Below are positions 25,381 to 39,299 of a DNA stretch of 64,000 nt, piece by piece. The position numbers and the translations under genes were made by a program. The DNA comes from Trichosphaerium sp. ATCC 40318. Lineage: Eukaryota; Protista; Tubulinea. Location: NCBI GenBank assembly GCA_038496445.1, contig JALMLS010000360.1, positions 1 through 64,000 on the forward strand, given 5' to 3'. Within the stretch, counting starts at the first letter, position 1; each line of letters starts with the position of its first letter. The notes beneath the pieces are model-generated. The model had not been told where the DNA came from. It searched no databases and worked only from the letters and a program-made list of their open reading frames with translations.

Positions 25381-26946
25381 ATGGCGGACTATTGGAAATC
25401 AGTTGGCAACAAATGGTGTGATGTTTGTAAATCATGGGTTAGAAACACCAAAGTCGTACGTTAATGCGCTATGTAAGCCGTTTCCTGCTAATTGTAATTA
25501 ACAGGCCCAAGCGAAGCACGAAAAGGGTGAAACGCATAAAGGGAACCTACGACAGAGGTTAAACGACATGATAACCAATAAAAAAACTCATAGCATGGCG
25601 CAGGACACTAGGGCTGCACAGCTTCTTAAAATCAAAATGGTACGCGTATACGCCCCCGATTACGCTTACAGGCAACGTTTCGGGTGACATGTAACAAAAG
25701 TAAAACACCAACAACAGCTGTTTCTAAATTCGTTTTTAGGCTGGTGAAAGCGCCTATAAACACGATATGGCTGGCGGTCAAGTATACGAATCAAGGTCGA
25801 CAGAACCTGGTGTTGCAACAAACCCTTACGAAGCTGCTCTGAGTACGTCATCGTTCCGTAATTACACTTCCCTTCAGTTTCTCAATCGAAGAGTATTTCT
25901 CATTTTTGAAGACGTCACTCATCTGTTTGCGTTCACTCTACGAAAGATTGCCTTCTCTTGATGTTATTCTTATGTTTTTTGTAGATCCTGATGGATTAGG
26001 TAGTCAAGACCGCTGGGCACAGAAGTATCAACATCTACGTAACTTTCAAGCCCAACAAGAAGCGCAACAAGCAGCGTATAAAAAACAATGGGATGAATAC
26101 TATGCTCGTAATCCAAATGCTTATGGACCACAAGCAACCAGTCAACAAGCATACGCCTATCAGAATTATGGTTTGAAGAAAGCTATGCCACCACGTAAAA
26201 ATCAAGCGCCGCCACCCGCTAGATCAGGTCCACTTCCTACTGCTAACTCACAAGCACCACCGCCTCCTACTAGATCAGGTCCACCGCCTCCTGCTAGAGC
26301 TAAAGGACAGATAAAAGATCAAAGTAGAGATGATAAAAAAGCTTCTGATTCTGCGGACAAATCTGAAGAAAAAGACTCTGAGAAGAAAGAGGATGGTGAT
26401 TTAAAGGATGTTCCAGAAGGTGAAGGAGAGGCATATTGGGCTTATGGTTATAATAACTGGACTGCTGCACCTATGCCTGGTAAATGGGAAGAAGTTCAAG
26501 AAAAGGACAGATTTAATGAGTATTGTAGACCTGCTTCTCCTGAGAAAGTACGAATGAGGCTTTTAGCTGTTTTGTAGAGTGACGTTAACGATTTTTTTAA
26601 AGAAGAAATCGGAAGCTAGGGAGCCTACAGAGGAAGAACTAGAAGCAGAGGAGCTAAAGAGGCTTAAAAAGAAGAGAAATAGACCTGATTATGAAGATAG
26701 CGATTCAGACGACTTGGAGGTAAGTAAAACGCCTTATGTTTGCGTTATTATTTGCTTTGTTGGTATGCTTGTCGCTTTAAGGGGTTAATGTTGTTTTTGT
26801 AGAGTGGTCAGCCTCGTGAAAAGAAGGTTGCACCAACAAAGCAGTTTACAGGGAAAAAAGCAGCTTCAGTAGCACCCGTTGTTTGGAAGAAAAAAGTAAA
26901 AAAGCCTGCGAAGAAAAGAAAACGGTTTCGCCGTTCAGAATTGTAA
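25381..26946 (+). CDS. WBP4/FBP21-like U1-type zinc-finger spliceosomal protein
   Basis: N-terminus MADYWKSVGNKWCDVCKSWVRNTKV/AQAKHEKGETHKGNL matches the WBP4 zf-U1 signature. Gln/Pro-rich middle and basic C-terminus ...KKRKRFRRSEL*. Confidence 0.8.
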
Positions 26947-27296
26947 TAATAAAGTAAAATAAACAAAAAAGAAGAAAACAAGAAAATCCTTACGTTTACG
27001 TGCAAGTTACAGGACCTTAAATTGTAATTCAGAGAATAGTACAAGTGGTAGGATTAAGGTAGAACCATTGAACAAAAGTGTATTTGTCGAAAAGTTGACG
27101 GTTTGTTGCATGCTGAAAGCGGAGTTACCATTGAAGTCACGTGTTAATTTAATTGAGCAACATAGTGATAACACGCTTTGTGAAGTATTTGAACATACAT
27201 CTAGATGTATGTTGAGATAATTACAATTCCTTGTATGTTCTGGGATGCACCTTAAAGAAAAACTTTCGATAAAAATGTGAGAAACATTATTTCTTT

Positions 27297-30200
27297 TTAT
27301 TGTTTCTCTGTATGTGCTTCGATCATTTGTTTTGCTCTTTCCATAAGATTTGGATAGTATCCATCTGTTGAAATATGTTTAATGATATGACGAGTTTCTT
27401 TAGACCATTCTAAAAGAAGTAAGTGAAAAAACTTGTAATGTTTAAAGAAGTCAAACAAAGGTCGTTCTTTTTTTTGGTTACCATTGGTGCTTGTTTCAAT
27501 AATATTCATGTACAGCGATAATGCTCTTTTAATCTTCTTATTGTATTGTGGTGTTACCTGAAAATACTGGTGTTAAGTATAAATAAGTTGATGACTGTTT
27601 TTTTTTGCAGTTTGTGTTCTCGCGTGACTTGTCGCAATTCAACAACGTTATTATTCAGTTATTGTATTGACAAGAATGTATACACGCGAAAGGAAATATT
27701 AAGAGACAAAAGCAGAGTTAAGTGTTGCCTGAAAAGGTGCAACAATAAAAAAACGTAAAGAACTTTTTAGAAAAACCGTTACCTCGTCAATATGCTGTCG
27801 AGTCTTGATACACATCACTAAAGCAAATCCCAAATTACGAAATGCATCCTTAGATATAATTAACAAACGTAGTTAATGAAATATCATAAAGCAATAATGT
27901 ATAATAAACAAGGTTACCTCATTAAATTCATTCAAAAGTTTGCAAAGCAATGTATATTTTTCAGCTGCCTTAGCAAACATTTCGTGACTCTCTATGTACT
28001 TTTTATTCTTGTATGGTGGTTCACCACACTTAAATAAAGCTTTTCCCCAACTATTCTAGATAAAACAAAAGATTAAAAACGAGCAAGTATTTGAAAGAAA
28101 AACCTAAAAAAAACTTACCAAAATTGAGGTAGATTCTGGGGAGAGCTGGTGCGCTCTTGTGAAACGTTCTAATGCTTTACGCAAACAAGAAGTTCTATTT
28201 GTTTCAGAAGAACTAATACCGGCTTGTGATACCTTGATAATACATCAGGATATTATTTTTTTAGACATAGGTTGTATTTTTCTTGCATGCTTCGTTGACA
28301 TTTTTTTTTTGTGGATATGTTGAATCCAATTCATCGTGCTTTGACAAAAACTGTTTTTTTTCTATTTTCACGTACATATATTGCAGCTAAATTGTGATGA
28401 ACTTGAGAATCATGCTCATTAAAGTCTAGTTTTAGCACTTTTTTAAATTCAATTTTTGCTAGCGGTTAGTTAATATCAAGTCAAGAGTTTTAAGCTTAGT
28501 GTCGTTGACATACCACTCTGTAAATTCTTTAGTGCCGGTTCTATACTTTTGTTCTGAATAAGACATCGTGCATAACGAAAATGTGTATGTCCTGAATTAA
28601 ATAATAAAGTGTAAAATGTCACTGTGTTCAAAGATATTCCATTTTCTGTAACTATTTTTAGAGCTTGTTGAAGCTTATTACACGCCCTCCCTAACAAGGA
28701 TTGTTCTTCTCCTATTTCTGATACCATTGAAGCCCTTGAGCATAAAGCGGTGCCTAAACAAATGATGTAAATAGCCAGAAAGCCAACGACAAAAAACAGC
28801 TTGTAGTAGACATGCAAAAAAAACTTTGATAAAAGTTCGAACGCACCCCACTTCCAAAGAGCTTTCCAATCTGTTGGGTTCAAGTTAAGGCTTCTTTTAT
28901 ATTTTTTAGATGCTTGTACCCATAGTTTTTTTGATTTAGAGGATTTAGTGAGAGCAGCTTGTCTACTCAAACAGAACGCCCAGTTCCTTTAAACAAAAGT
29001 GAATAGAGAAGGCCTTAAAAGTTATTAAGTTTAGCATGTATCTCACCTAATTGCTCTGTAATCATCTGGTTTGATAGACAAGCATTGTTGAAACTGGTGG
29101 TTGGCCTAAGTAAATGTCAATAAGCACGTGTTGGCTAATTGAACAACTTACACGTTCATATATTTTAAAGGCTTTAATCCCAGTCATTGTTGTCGCCTTT
29201 CTTGCTAATGCCGTACCTTCTTCAAAGGAAATTCTATGCATGTGTTTGACACGTGGTACTATACTTATTATTTGACTTGAAATAAATGATCCTGTTCTGA
29301 GAGAAGAAATGATACTTCCGGGCAATGATTTATACTTCTCACACTTTTTCAATAAAATTCCTGTTATATCACAAAGTCGTTTGAACATCTTCGGCCTGTC
29401 TATTGAAGTACTCCATTTGAAGGAATCCTTGGTAATTTCAACCTTAGAAGTAAGCGTTTTGGAGTTTTCATCATCAATAGGAAACCTGAAGAAGAAATTA
29501 TTAAGCAACAACTCCAAATCTTTTCATAGTTCAAATGCTTCGGTTTTTCCCCCACCCCTTAAATACTGTTTAATTCACAAAATAAATCCGTAGGGTGGTT
29601 ATGTGGTATGGTGAAGTGGAATTGAGAGAAGAGAATTGTAAATCACGTGTTGTATTTCAAGCACAAAAAGTTGTGTATGAAGTAAATAATTCAACTGTTT
29701 TCTTCGTTTAACCATTGAGCAATTGGGAATGATACCTTTCTAACAGTTCTGGGGCAATATGGTTGCGCCAGAATTCTTCAGAATCATGAGAGAATAAAGA
29801 ATTAAAAAAATGAATAGCAACATCTACAAATGATTTTGTAGTGACAAGTGATCCAGAGTCAATTAACTTTCTCCACCTTAAAGAAAGTTAAGTACAATTG
29901 CAATTTCCACTAACTTGTCTCACCCTCCTTCCAATAGATGTTTCGCAGTTCGTGCTGAAGCTTCTGTCAGAACCAGAGTCTTTAGCTTTTTGTTATGCAA
30001 ATGGCAGTATAACCAAATTAGATAACGCATGTTAATCCCTCTCAAGTGCATTCTTCGAGAAAATCAGCTTCAAAAAAACTAAACAACTTAAAAATAAATT
30101 GAACTTTTCTAGTTTAACATTCGTACTCAGCACAAAGTTCAGGTAACTCTTCACTTGAAGGTAATGCGCTATCAAAATTAGACTAAAAAATCCCGTGTTA

Positions 30201-32166
30201 GCGACAACACTTTAGAACTTGGACGAGGCTCAACTTAATATTTTGATAGTCATTAAAATTAGTGTTGAGTTGCCAGTAGCGGAACCAAATCCTAAAAATA
30301 AAGTACGTACTGTAAGTGTAGTAACACTAGATCGAGAACATTCACTTACACAATCACCAAAATCGATTATCTTAACAGCTACACCAAAAAAAGGTTAGTA
30401 ACCTTGTAAGATTATTTTCTAGTAAAAAAGCAATAAAAAGAAACTGCATTATTTTGACACATGTGACATTTATAAATTTCAAATTAAGGTAAACACAAGT
30501 ACGCTTTAGCCTTGATTCCAAGTACAGTGCAAACTCTGGAATTACTTCGTATAGCTAATTGCATAGTTAAGCAGGAAAAAATACAAAAAAAATTTGAATC
30601 TTTTTTTTGAGTTAAGAATCCCAAACGTACTAGTTTCGTAGTTGCCTCTGTTACCTTTTCTTAAAATATTTAGAATTTGTAAACTCTTAGAGTATATATA
30701 CAACATTTGAATGTATAATACCTCTTTGTTATGTTCTCCCTGAAGGTCATCTTTTCCAAAACTACTGAAGGCATCTGACGATAAAGGTACACTATTTGCT
30801 TTCACAAACTCAGGTCTAAATAACCGATACAGCTTTGCTCGCTTGAATTTTGGAAACGTTGGTGGAAACGTCCTTGCCACATCAACTAAAAAAGAGGATG
30901 TTAATGACATACCAAGCAAGTAACACTTTAAGTTTGGTTTGAAAGTGGAAAACAAGAGTAGTAGAGTTGTAGTTACGTAGGTAGAAGTTGTTGTCAGTTC
31001 CTTGGTGTCCTTCAACATCTACTGCTGTATATAAATGGTATTGGTGCATACCATCAGTATCAGTAACACGATGTTTCTAACCTCTATGTTTTAGAAAGGC
31101 AATCGCTTCAGTTTCGTATTGGAAAACCAAAATGTACTGGTACCTTTAGATTTAAAATTCTTGCTGCAGCCTTTATCTTTTGTTCAAATTTTGGATTATC
31201 ATTGTGTATCTTTATACCAGCATTATGGCTTCCATAAATAAGACTATTTGAATGTAAAGGAATAACAGATTGTGCCAAAACACAATGTCCACGGTACCTA
31301 GTTAATAATAAGTAAACAGATAACAATGTTTTTTTGGTCTCACCGAACAAGAGCCATCAATGGCGTGAAAAGCCTAGATATCCTACAATCTGAGAAAGCC
31401 ATAGCAGCTCTTATTTCATGCTAGACAATTACGTAAGCAAGGCGACTGTGAACGCAAGGAGCAGAGCAAAACTTTTTTTTTTTTTCTCTTCTGATTTTTT
31501 TTCTTCCTTTTTACTTACTTCTGCTGCTTTTATTGCGTATGAGTCTCCACCGTATATCTTCTCCCAATCCTTTGATAGTTTGAATAGAATACCATCATGT
31601 AAGAACTTTTCTCCACCAGCAATACCACCTACAGGAACAGCCATGACTGTCTTTTCTTCATTGTTCAAATGCATCTCATTTATAATCTTTACACTTATTT
31701 TACTTGCTACGTTTGCGAAATCCAAAGAAAGCTGTTTTAACTTTGTTGCACGCTCTAATTCAGCCTCTACGTCACTAAAAGAGGTCTTAGTTGTGATGTT
31801 AGACATAGGACGTTAAGAAAATTATAAATAACGATACTAACGCGCTATTTGTACGGTTTAGATTACATAAAGGCGTGTTAGGTATTAAATGGGCGCATTA
31901 AGGTTATTTAAGAAGTAAACCGACTTTTAGTCGTAATATGCGTTAATAACGTACGTAGAGCGAGAACAAGCTATTCCAGGAGAGTGTAGTAATTCTTGAA
32001 ATTCTTTATTCCAATCTAGGCGCACGTTAGATGTTTTTGCGATATTTGGCGTTATTTAACGAGTACCACGTGATGCTGTTTTTTTATGCTGTTGAATAAG
32101 ATTAACAGCGTCATTTACGTTGGTTACAACACCATAAGGGCCATATGAAGACTCACTATAATCCAT
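27297..32166 (-). CDS. Clu-domain (clustered mitochondria-like) protein with C-terminal TPR-like repeats
   Basis: DWNKEFQ, GGIAGGEKFLHDGILFK, HEIRA...PLMALV/YRGHCVLAQS...LIYGS, DVEGHQGTDNNFYL/VDVARTFPP...LYRLFRPEFV...PLSSDAFSSFG. TPR-like segments such as SLNLNPTDWKALWKWG follow. Start inferred at ATG 32166. Confidence 0.82.
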
Positions 32167-32723
32167 ATAAGGCCTAAGCTTTGCACTATGCTCAAAACCA
32201 AAAACGAGGTTGACAATTCATAAGGCGGGTGTCTGTTAAGTGGCGTTGCAGTAGTCTTTTCGGGTGACAAAGAAATGGTTTGCCCTTGTTAAAAGGGAAA
32301 GTAAGACAATACTATTATTTAATACAGCCGAAAAAACGAACCCCTTTTTGGCATCAAACATCAGTGCTTTTTGTGGAAAAGATGGGATACTGTGGGGGCT
32401 TGGCGCGAGCGTTGTTGCAGTTCGTGGTGAGGAGCTTTGAAACCCAAACTCCTACTCTCAGAACTAGATAATTTGGATCTTGCTATCCATCTCCTGGAGC
32501 AACCTTAGAAGTGAATGAGACCCAGTAACAAGGTCAGTTCTGTTTGAAAATGCAGTTTGTTTGGAACTCTTCTATTTATTTATTTAGAGTATTACAGTTG
32601 CAGTTACTTAAAAAATTGTATTAACCTATCACTACGCTGCATATTTCTGTATACAAGATATAGTTATTTGTAGCTTTAACTCTGATATCTTTCCAATTAT
32701 GAGAGTGTTTAGATACCATTTTA

Positions 32724-34598
32724 TTATTCATTTCTGATTGTCTCTTCTTCGGTTACATACCACTGACCTTCAGTATCGCTTGCTTCTGTAAGGTCTTCAT
32801 CTATTAAAAAATTTGTCAACAAAGGATTGTTAATAGCAAAATGGAAACAACTTTTTTACTCGTCATAGACGACTCTAATTTACGAGTTGATTATCAATAA
32901 GAATACGCTATGTACTACAAATCGCAATCTCATGCGCTATAGGCGCGCTTTTAAGGGTAAAGAGTGTTCAAAACTAACCTGAGTCTTCCCAAAATTTATA
33001 ACTTGACCATCCATTTGGAGCACTCGCCTTCCATTCTTCATACCTGTTAAGAATCATTAGTACTGTGATAAATATTTCTTTCCGGCCCTACCCTTCAACA
33101 GCAAGTTTAACTCGTTCTATTGTCATTGGTGCGTATTTTGTAGCGACCTTAAAAAAATAAGTTAAAATCAAGCAACCTTTTTCTATTGAAAACACGTGTT
33201 CATACCCAGTTTACCATGAACTTTGGTATAGATCCTAATTTAAAAGAGGTTAAGCAAAGGTTATATAAAAGTAAATGTGGCGAGAGGTTATTTGATTACC
33301 TTTAGGATCAGCTCTGCTGAAAAAGTATACTTCAGATCCACCGTTATCCATTTTTTTAATAACATAGCCTGTTCGATGTGATTGAGCTCTACATCAACAT
33401 AAGTAACGTTTTGTATAGTATTGATATGTGAAAGGTTAATATACGAATTATATCAACATCGTACCTGATATAGTGCTTGTACTGTGGGCAATCCTTGCAT
33501 TTTACAGATTGATTCATAATAATCCATATTCCTTATGAAAAAGCGTGAGTACAATATGACATGCCGGAATGATTGAAGTTATTATTCCAATGTCTTTAGA
33601 ATTCTTAGTACCTTTTTCAAGGTCACGGCTCCATCCTCGTTTTGTACAGAAATCACGATTCTTCATACCGGAGGGAGACTATAATTTATATCAATTACAA
33701 TTCCAGAAAACAACTATTTTTGATTTTTTTCGAAATTGTGAACAAGTCAAAAAACCCTACTAACCTTTGCTGCGTAGTACCCAATCTCATTATTTTTATC
33801 TATTATACGGATAGGATATCCATCTAATAATGCATTATTTGATAAATTCTATTGCCGTGATCACAGTTGTACAATAAATAAAAACCACAAAGCGTTGTAC
33901 CTATCATATTAGCATCCCACAAAAATCGATACTACAGTAGTTATTAATTAATTTATAGTTATTAAATTATGCACGTTATTTGCAAGCGTAAAAAAATCTG
34001 TGCGTACCTCGTGATCATGGAGAACAGAGTACATCGTTTCTAGTAAACGCAACACGTGAGCATTTTTTGAAAAAAGACTAAACGGTATACATAACGATCC
34101 CAACGTACCAGGTTTAATATCTGACCATTGGGCGCGAATACGAACTTCCTTTACAGGACATCCATCTGGAACCTGTAAACGGCAAAAGGAGTTGAGCGTC
34201 ATTAAACACAAAAAAAAAAACCTTTAAAAAAATTGTGCTTTAAATGCGTTTTACACCTCACTATGCGCACGTGATTAACAAAAAAACAATACATACCTTT
34301 CTTGTCCATACCGTTATATTTCTTCTATCATAAACCATTACCCAACTGGGGTTGTTATCGATACAAAGACTATAAAAACCTTCAAATTCACGTGTTGTAT
34401 AAGGTTGATGTTTTATTTCTGACGAAACGATATCTGGTTGGTTCTTTTTATGTTGGAACCACGTGCGTCTACAGACGCATTTAGTAAGTTATTTTGTAAT
34501 TTAGTAGTTAATTAATGAATTCTTGATAACGAAAAACGTAAGTAGTACCTACTAGAGAATTCTTTTGCTCTGAAACCTTCAGGTACGTTATTCGACAT
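32724..34598 (-). CDS. START-domain lipid transfer protein (PCTP/STARD10-like)
   Basis: Spliced WVMVYDRRNITVWTRK/VPDGCPVKEVRIRA...MYSVLHDHE/YRFLWDANMI...NNEIGYYAAK/..KNRDFC...ADPK/GSIPKFMVNW/VATKYAP. Confidence 0.85.
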
Positions 34599-35139
34599 CT
34601 AAAGATCTTGTTTTTTTGACGTAAAAAAAAGTTCAAACTAGCGTTGACTTAGCTAGAACAATCGTTTAGAGTTGCCTATTAACGTGTATACTTCTAGTGG
34701 GTGCACAAAGACATGGTACTCACTTAGAGAAGGAAATGCGCTTCTTGGATTTAGTAGAGCCCGATGTTGTAGAATAACTTATATAATGGTCGAAAGAGCC
34801 AGTATGTAACAGTAGGATCATTATACCTAAATCTATCGGCCAAATCGTTACAATCTGCTGTGATCAAATATAATTACGAGTGGTATTCGTATTGTGTACT
34901 TAGTAGATCTTGAGGACAGCCTGTGTCGTCCCTTCCTTTGGTAGACGTTATCATTTATATTTGAATTGTCCATATCTGTTGACACCGAACACAACGGTAC
35001 CATATCCAAATGTCTGGTAATTGCCGGGTGTACTTGGCCCATGTTGTGCACCCAGAATACTTGTTGCATGTTCTTTGTTGAAAGTTAAAGGTGTACGTAC
35101 CAAGGGTGCGACGCGTTTCAGCGTTGATAAACAGTGATC

Positions 35140-35330
35140 TGCTGTTTGATTCTTGTAATTCTAGTTCGAGATTGTTATAAATAAAGGTGTCAGAATCAGA
35201 TAGTTCATCATCAGATAGCTTGCCAGCAGAACCATCAGTATCTGCTTGTAACTTGATTTTCTTCAGTTTGTTCATTATCGCCATTCTCTTTCTTTGTCTT
35301 TTTATCACCTTTCTTGGCTTTTGAACTTTG
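35140..35330 (-). pseudogene. Short relic of the ANK-ART C-terminal linker and coiled coil (copy 4)
   Basis: DNA similarity to 5700-5950: CCAAGAAAGGTGATAAAAAGACAAAGAAA vs CCAAGAAAGGTGGTAAAAAGACAAAGAAA, SDDELSDSDTFIYN vs SDDDLSDSDDDNFISN, and LELELQESN vs LDIELQKAN. Frameshifted. Confidence 0.7.
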
Positions 35331-35488
35331 ACGTTTTGTAACTTTGCCGTTCTTCTTTAAATCCATCCTGTAAAGTCTTGCACGTGACCAAAGATTCACT
35401 AAGATTCTTGTAACGGTAGAGATCAGTTGTAGCTTAAGACTATAATGGAGACGAAAGGATTTGTATTTTTTGGCTTCTTTATTTATTT

Positions 35489-37090
35489 TCAAACTAACAA
35501 CAATGAAAGAAGTACACTGGCTATCAATGTGCCAAAGCAAAGGCTAAATGCAGATGCGCCACTCTCCGTACGCATCGCCGGTGCGCTAGTAGTAGGTAGA
35601 GTTGTAGGCATAGTGGTTGGTTGCGAAGTGATTGGTGGGCTAGTGGTAGGTGGTGTAGTTGGAGGCATAGTGGTTGGTGGCGGTGATGGTACAACAGGTG
35701 CCAGTGTAACAGTAGCATTTTCACCCATCACTCGTGGATCAACAACACGGAAGTAAGGATCAGATGCTGAAGTGTTTCTTTGTTTTTCAGAAGCTGTAAG
35801 CTATAAGAAACAAAGAAAAGTTAAAATTTAATCGATGACAGAACTTGGCCGAAAATCGATTTGAACAGTACACTGTTATGACGTACAATGAGCATATCGA
35901 CTGAATTGACATAGTGTAGATTAGCATAATCTTGTTTTGTACCATTACTCAAAAAAGTCAACCCTTGTCTTTTGTATGTGCTATTTTTGTATAAAGTAAT
36001 AACTGGTTGATAGTCAAATCCTGTGAATGTAATATATGCCAGAGCATCAACTACACTATCTTCTGATGATGTAACATCTATTGTAAACTTTGTTATATTC
36101 TCTGTTCCGCTTATTTCACCAAGCCATATAACTGGTCCATTGCGTGAGATCTCATTTGAGTCGCTTATTGAGATGATTTGAGCGTAAAGTGTGTACTCTG
36201 TTAGGGAGGATTGTGGTCTCTCAATCCATACCATAACATGCTGATTCATTGCTTCATTGTAAATAGCTTTGACTGGTCCTACGTTCACTTCATCAGGGAG
36301 TGCGTAGACGACTTCAGATGAGAAATCTTCTTCCTTTACAAAAAAAATATCAGCAAACATACGTCTGCAGTTTTTTCTTACTGCGTTCAATAGAATCGCT
36401 ATTATAGTATCTGGTCCTCCAAATGTAATCAAAAGAGTTTTACCATCCTTTGCGTTAGTCGAGGTAGTTTCGGTTAAACTCTCAGTAAAGGCTATGCATA
36501 AAAGAACAAAGAGGTAAGAAACCGACAGTTTGAGATTTCTTGGTTTTTTCGTACTTTGCATGATGTATGCTGGGTGTGGTGAATTAGGATCCTTCAGGGA
36601 AAACGAACTTACTACAGTGCCAGTACTATTACTATAGAAGTATAGGTAACGTTGTGTATCTATATGAGTAAGTCAGCGAACATTGGTGACTTACATAGAC
36701 TGAAACATATCGCAAAATATGCAACAGAACAAAGTTTACTTACTTTTATCGTAACTTATAGCATCAGAAACTATTCTAGAGAAACCTGTCGTATTTCCTT
36801 GTACATACTAGGATAGATAAATAAGTGTCGGGATACAGCACGATGTTCATTTTCAGTTTTTTTGAAGAAAATACACGCGTGTAGTTGATACAAAAGTGTT
36901 CACCAACGATGTTGTACGAGTGAAAGTTTTACGTACATGAGTTCCATTAAAGGTGTAACCACTGTAACTAGATTGTCCTCCACCGAAAGAAAGAAAAACA
37001 AGTTCATCATCGCCTGGTATAAGAGCTAGAAGTTCTCCTCCAAAGGTGTCTTCAACGCTGAAATTCGCTTTTGTCAAAACAGCTGTACAG
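35489..37090 (-). CDS. Putative GPI-anchored cell-surface protein with a beta-rich ectodomain and Pro/Thr stalk (5' end unresolved, possibly damaged)
   Basis: The last exon ends PPPTTMPPTTPPTTSPPITSQPTTMPTTLPTTSAPAMRTESGASAFSLCFGTLIASVLLSLLLV*, a mucin-like stalk followed by a hydrophobic tail. Upstream exons lie in ORFs 35821-36561 and 36853-37077. Confidence 0.6.
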
Positions 37091-37342
37091 TGATTAGTAA
37101 TAATAGATGTTAATTACAGATAAAATCACTGTCAAAAGGGAAACCACCGAAACTGCTTTTTTTTTGATTGTAGAAACAACTGTTGGGGTGACACGTCACG
37201 TTGTGTTTTGAAAGTTAAAAGAATATAATATGAAATTAAGTGCAGGGAGATATTCCGAAGACTGCTAAAAAGACAACATTGGTAAAAAAAAAATCAAGAA
37301 TTCGCGAATTTCGTATCGAAAAAATGTTCTGAACATCCCCTT

Positions 37343-37469
37343 TGTTTTAGTTCTATTTATTCAAATTCTTACTTGTCACCCACGCGAATATACTTGTGTA
37401 AGCAAATATAAACATAAGACATCTTCTTTGGGGTGATAAGTAAGAATTTGAATGAATAGAACTAAAACA
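37343..37469. mobile_element. 127-bp hairpin / MITE-like element
   Basis: 39-bp inverted repeat TGTTTTAGTTCTATTTATTCAAATTCTTACTTGTCACCC ... GGGTGATAAGTAAGAATTTGAATGAATAGAACTAAAACA with 2 mismatches. No clear TSD. Confidence 0.6.
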
Positions 37470-39299
37470 GGTTAAAAAACCAGCTCTTTAAAGTGACTGT
37501 TCTTCGATTTCAATTTTGGGGCAAACTGCTTTTTTTTTTTTTTTTGGGAATTCTTAATTGGGTGCACCCAAAACCGACGATCGGTTTCGCTTTATTCAAG
37601 ATACTGAACGCGCTCTTAGTTTGTATGTCCAGTTTTAAAGTACCTTGCTCTTCTCCAATGTGTAAGGTGAAAGAAAAGATTGCTACTCCGTTTACTCTTG
37701 TTCCAAAGGTAACGCTGGCGATTGCTACCGTTTTTGTACCGTTTAGCTCAAGTGACGTCATTAGCGAACCCCATTCTTGGTTAAGAGCGACATAGTCGTC
37801 CATTGGAGATTCAAAGGCTAGTACCAGCAGTTTAGTTACAATAATGTTATACGCTCACTATCAATTAAGAACAGCTTGAAATACGCGATTTTACGCATTT
37901 ATAGAGCCGTTTAACAAGTTGATTAGAGTACTCGTACCCAAAGTAAAAAGTAGAATCGATAATACCGATAATAGACGTATAACCATTCTTGTTGATGCTA
38001 TGACAATATGTAAGATGCTTTTTGCGTAAATCTAGCTAGATCCAAAGTTGGTGACTTAACTATCCAAATATGTTCATATTACATACGTATGTATACCTCT
38101 TAATACCACGAATTCATTGGGAAATGACCACTATATGTTGTCATGATCCTTGAGTTTTTAGGCCATCTCCCACTAAACTTATGGATATGTCTAAAACGAG
38201 AGCATCTCAAAGGCTACGTGAGTGTTATTCTAGTGTTAAATCGAGTAGGAGTGATTGTAACTTTGTCTCTTACACGCAAGCACCCTGACACAACAGTTCC
38301 AGATATCACAGTACCTGAGATTTGCATTGTAAAGGATGATGGTTTGTTTACTTCATGCTCATATTCAGTCGACATAGATATGATGATATGCATCATAATA
38401 GTCTCAGAAATCCGCGGATATTGAGAAAGCTCAAACATTCTTTGAGCTGCAGAAACAACCAGTACAAACATTAAGCTTTAACAAGTGATACAAGCATTGG
38501 ATGCATGTCCCTAATAGCAGTAGTCACCTATACAAACTAAGTCAATAATGTAGTCCATTATCACAAAAACATACCTTGTCAACACGTGACAAAAACCATT
38601 TCGTAAAAGAAAGAAAACAAAACTGTTGTTGTATAAATTGTTGGCATTTTATCTTATATGAGTAGATAGTGTTGAACGTACATGATAGAATAGTGGGTAG
38701 AGTAGGGCTGTGGCAACGACCAGAACTCGTCAACATACTCCTATATTGGGATGATGCCTTTCTGTTCTTGCTGTGAACAATCTATGTTGTGATCTGATCT
38801 TGTAAAGCGGATACATAGTTCGCACAGCTATTCACTGTATCAGGTGAAGCTAAGGTTGTCATTGCACAGTACTGGCCGAACACTGAGAACAAAAAGGCCT
38901 CGTCCAGGTCAATTCCACTAGCTACTGTTGCCATCCTAGTCAGTGTAAAACTTTCACTTATCACGTGATACAAATATATAAACCTAGCTGTACGTGGGTA
39001 TGTGAGATTGTTGAATGTGAAACCAAACATTGATATTAAACTTACAGTGTTACTTGAATCGCTTACGTAACTATTGAAAAATGGTTTCATTTGTTATAAC
39101 CGACTCAATTGTTTAGTATAAAAGGACACAATAAAATGTTTTCTATCTAAGATTATCGAAGTCAACGACTCAAACAAGTGAGCTGCTACAAATTTAACTA
39201 TCACATAAGATTGTTGTATGTAAAACGAAACATTTAGCAATTCCTACCACGAGCGTTTCTATACTGTTGTTTATTGTTCTGCTCAGTAACACGATTTAG

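Noticed and set aside
37500-39090. Fragmented minus-strand coding-like region
   Set aside because: Probably a decayed gene, but I found no consistent splice model or recognisable family.
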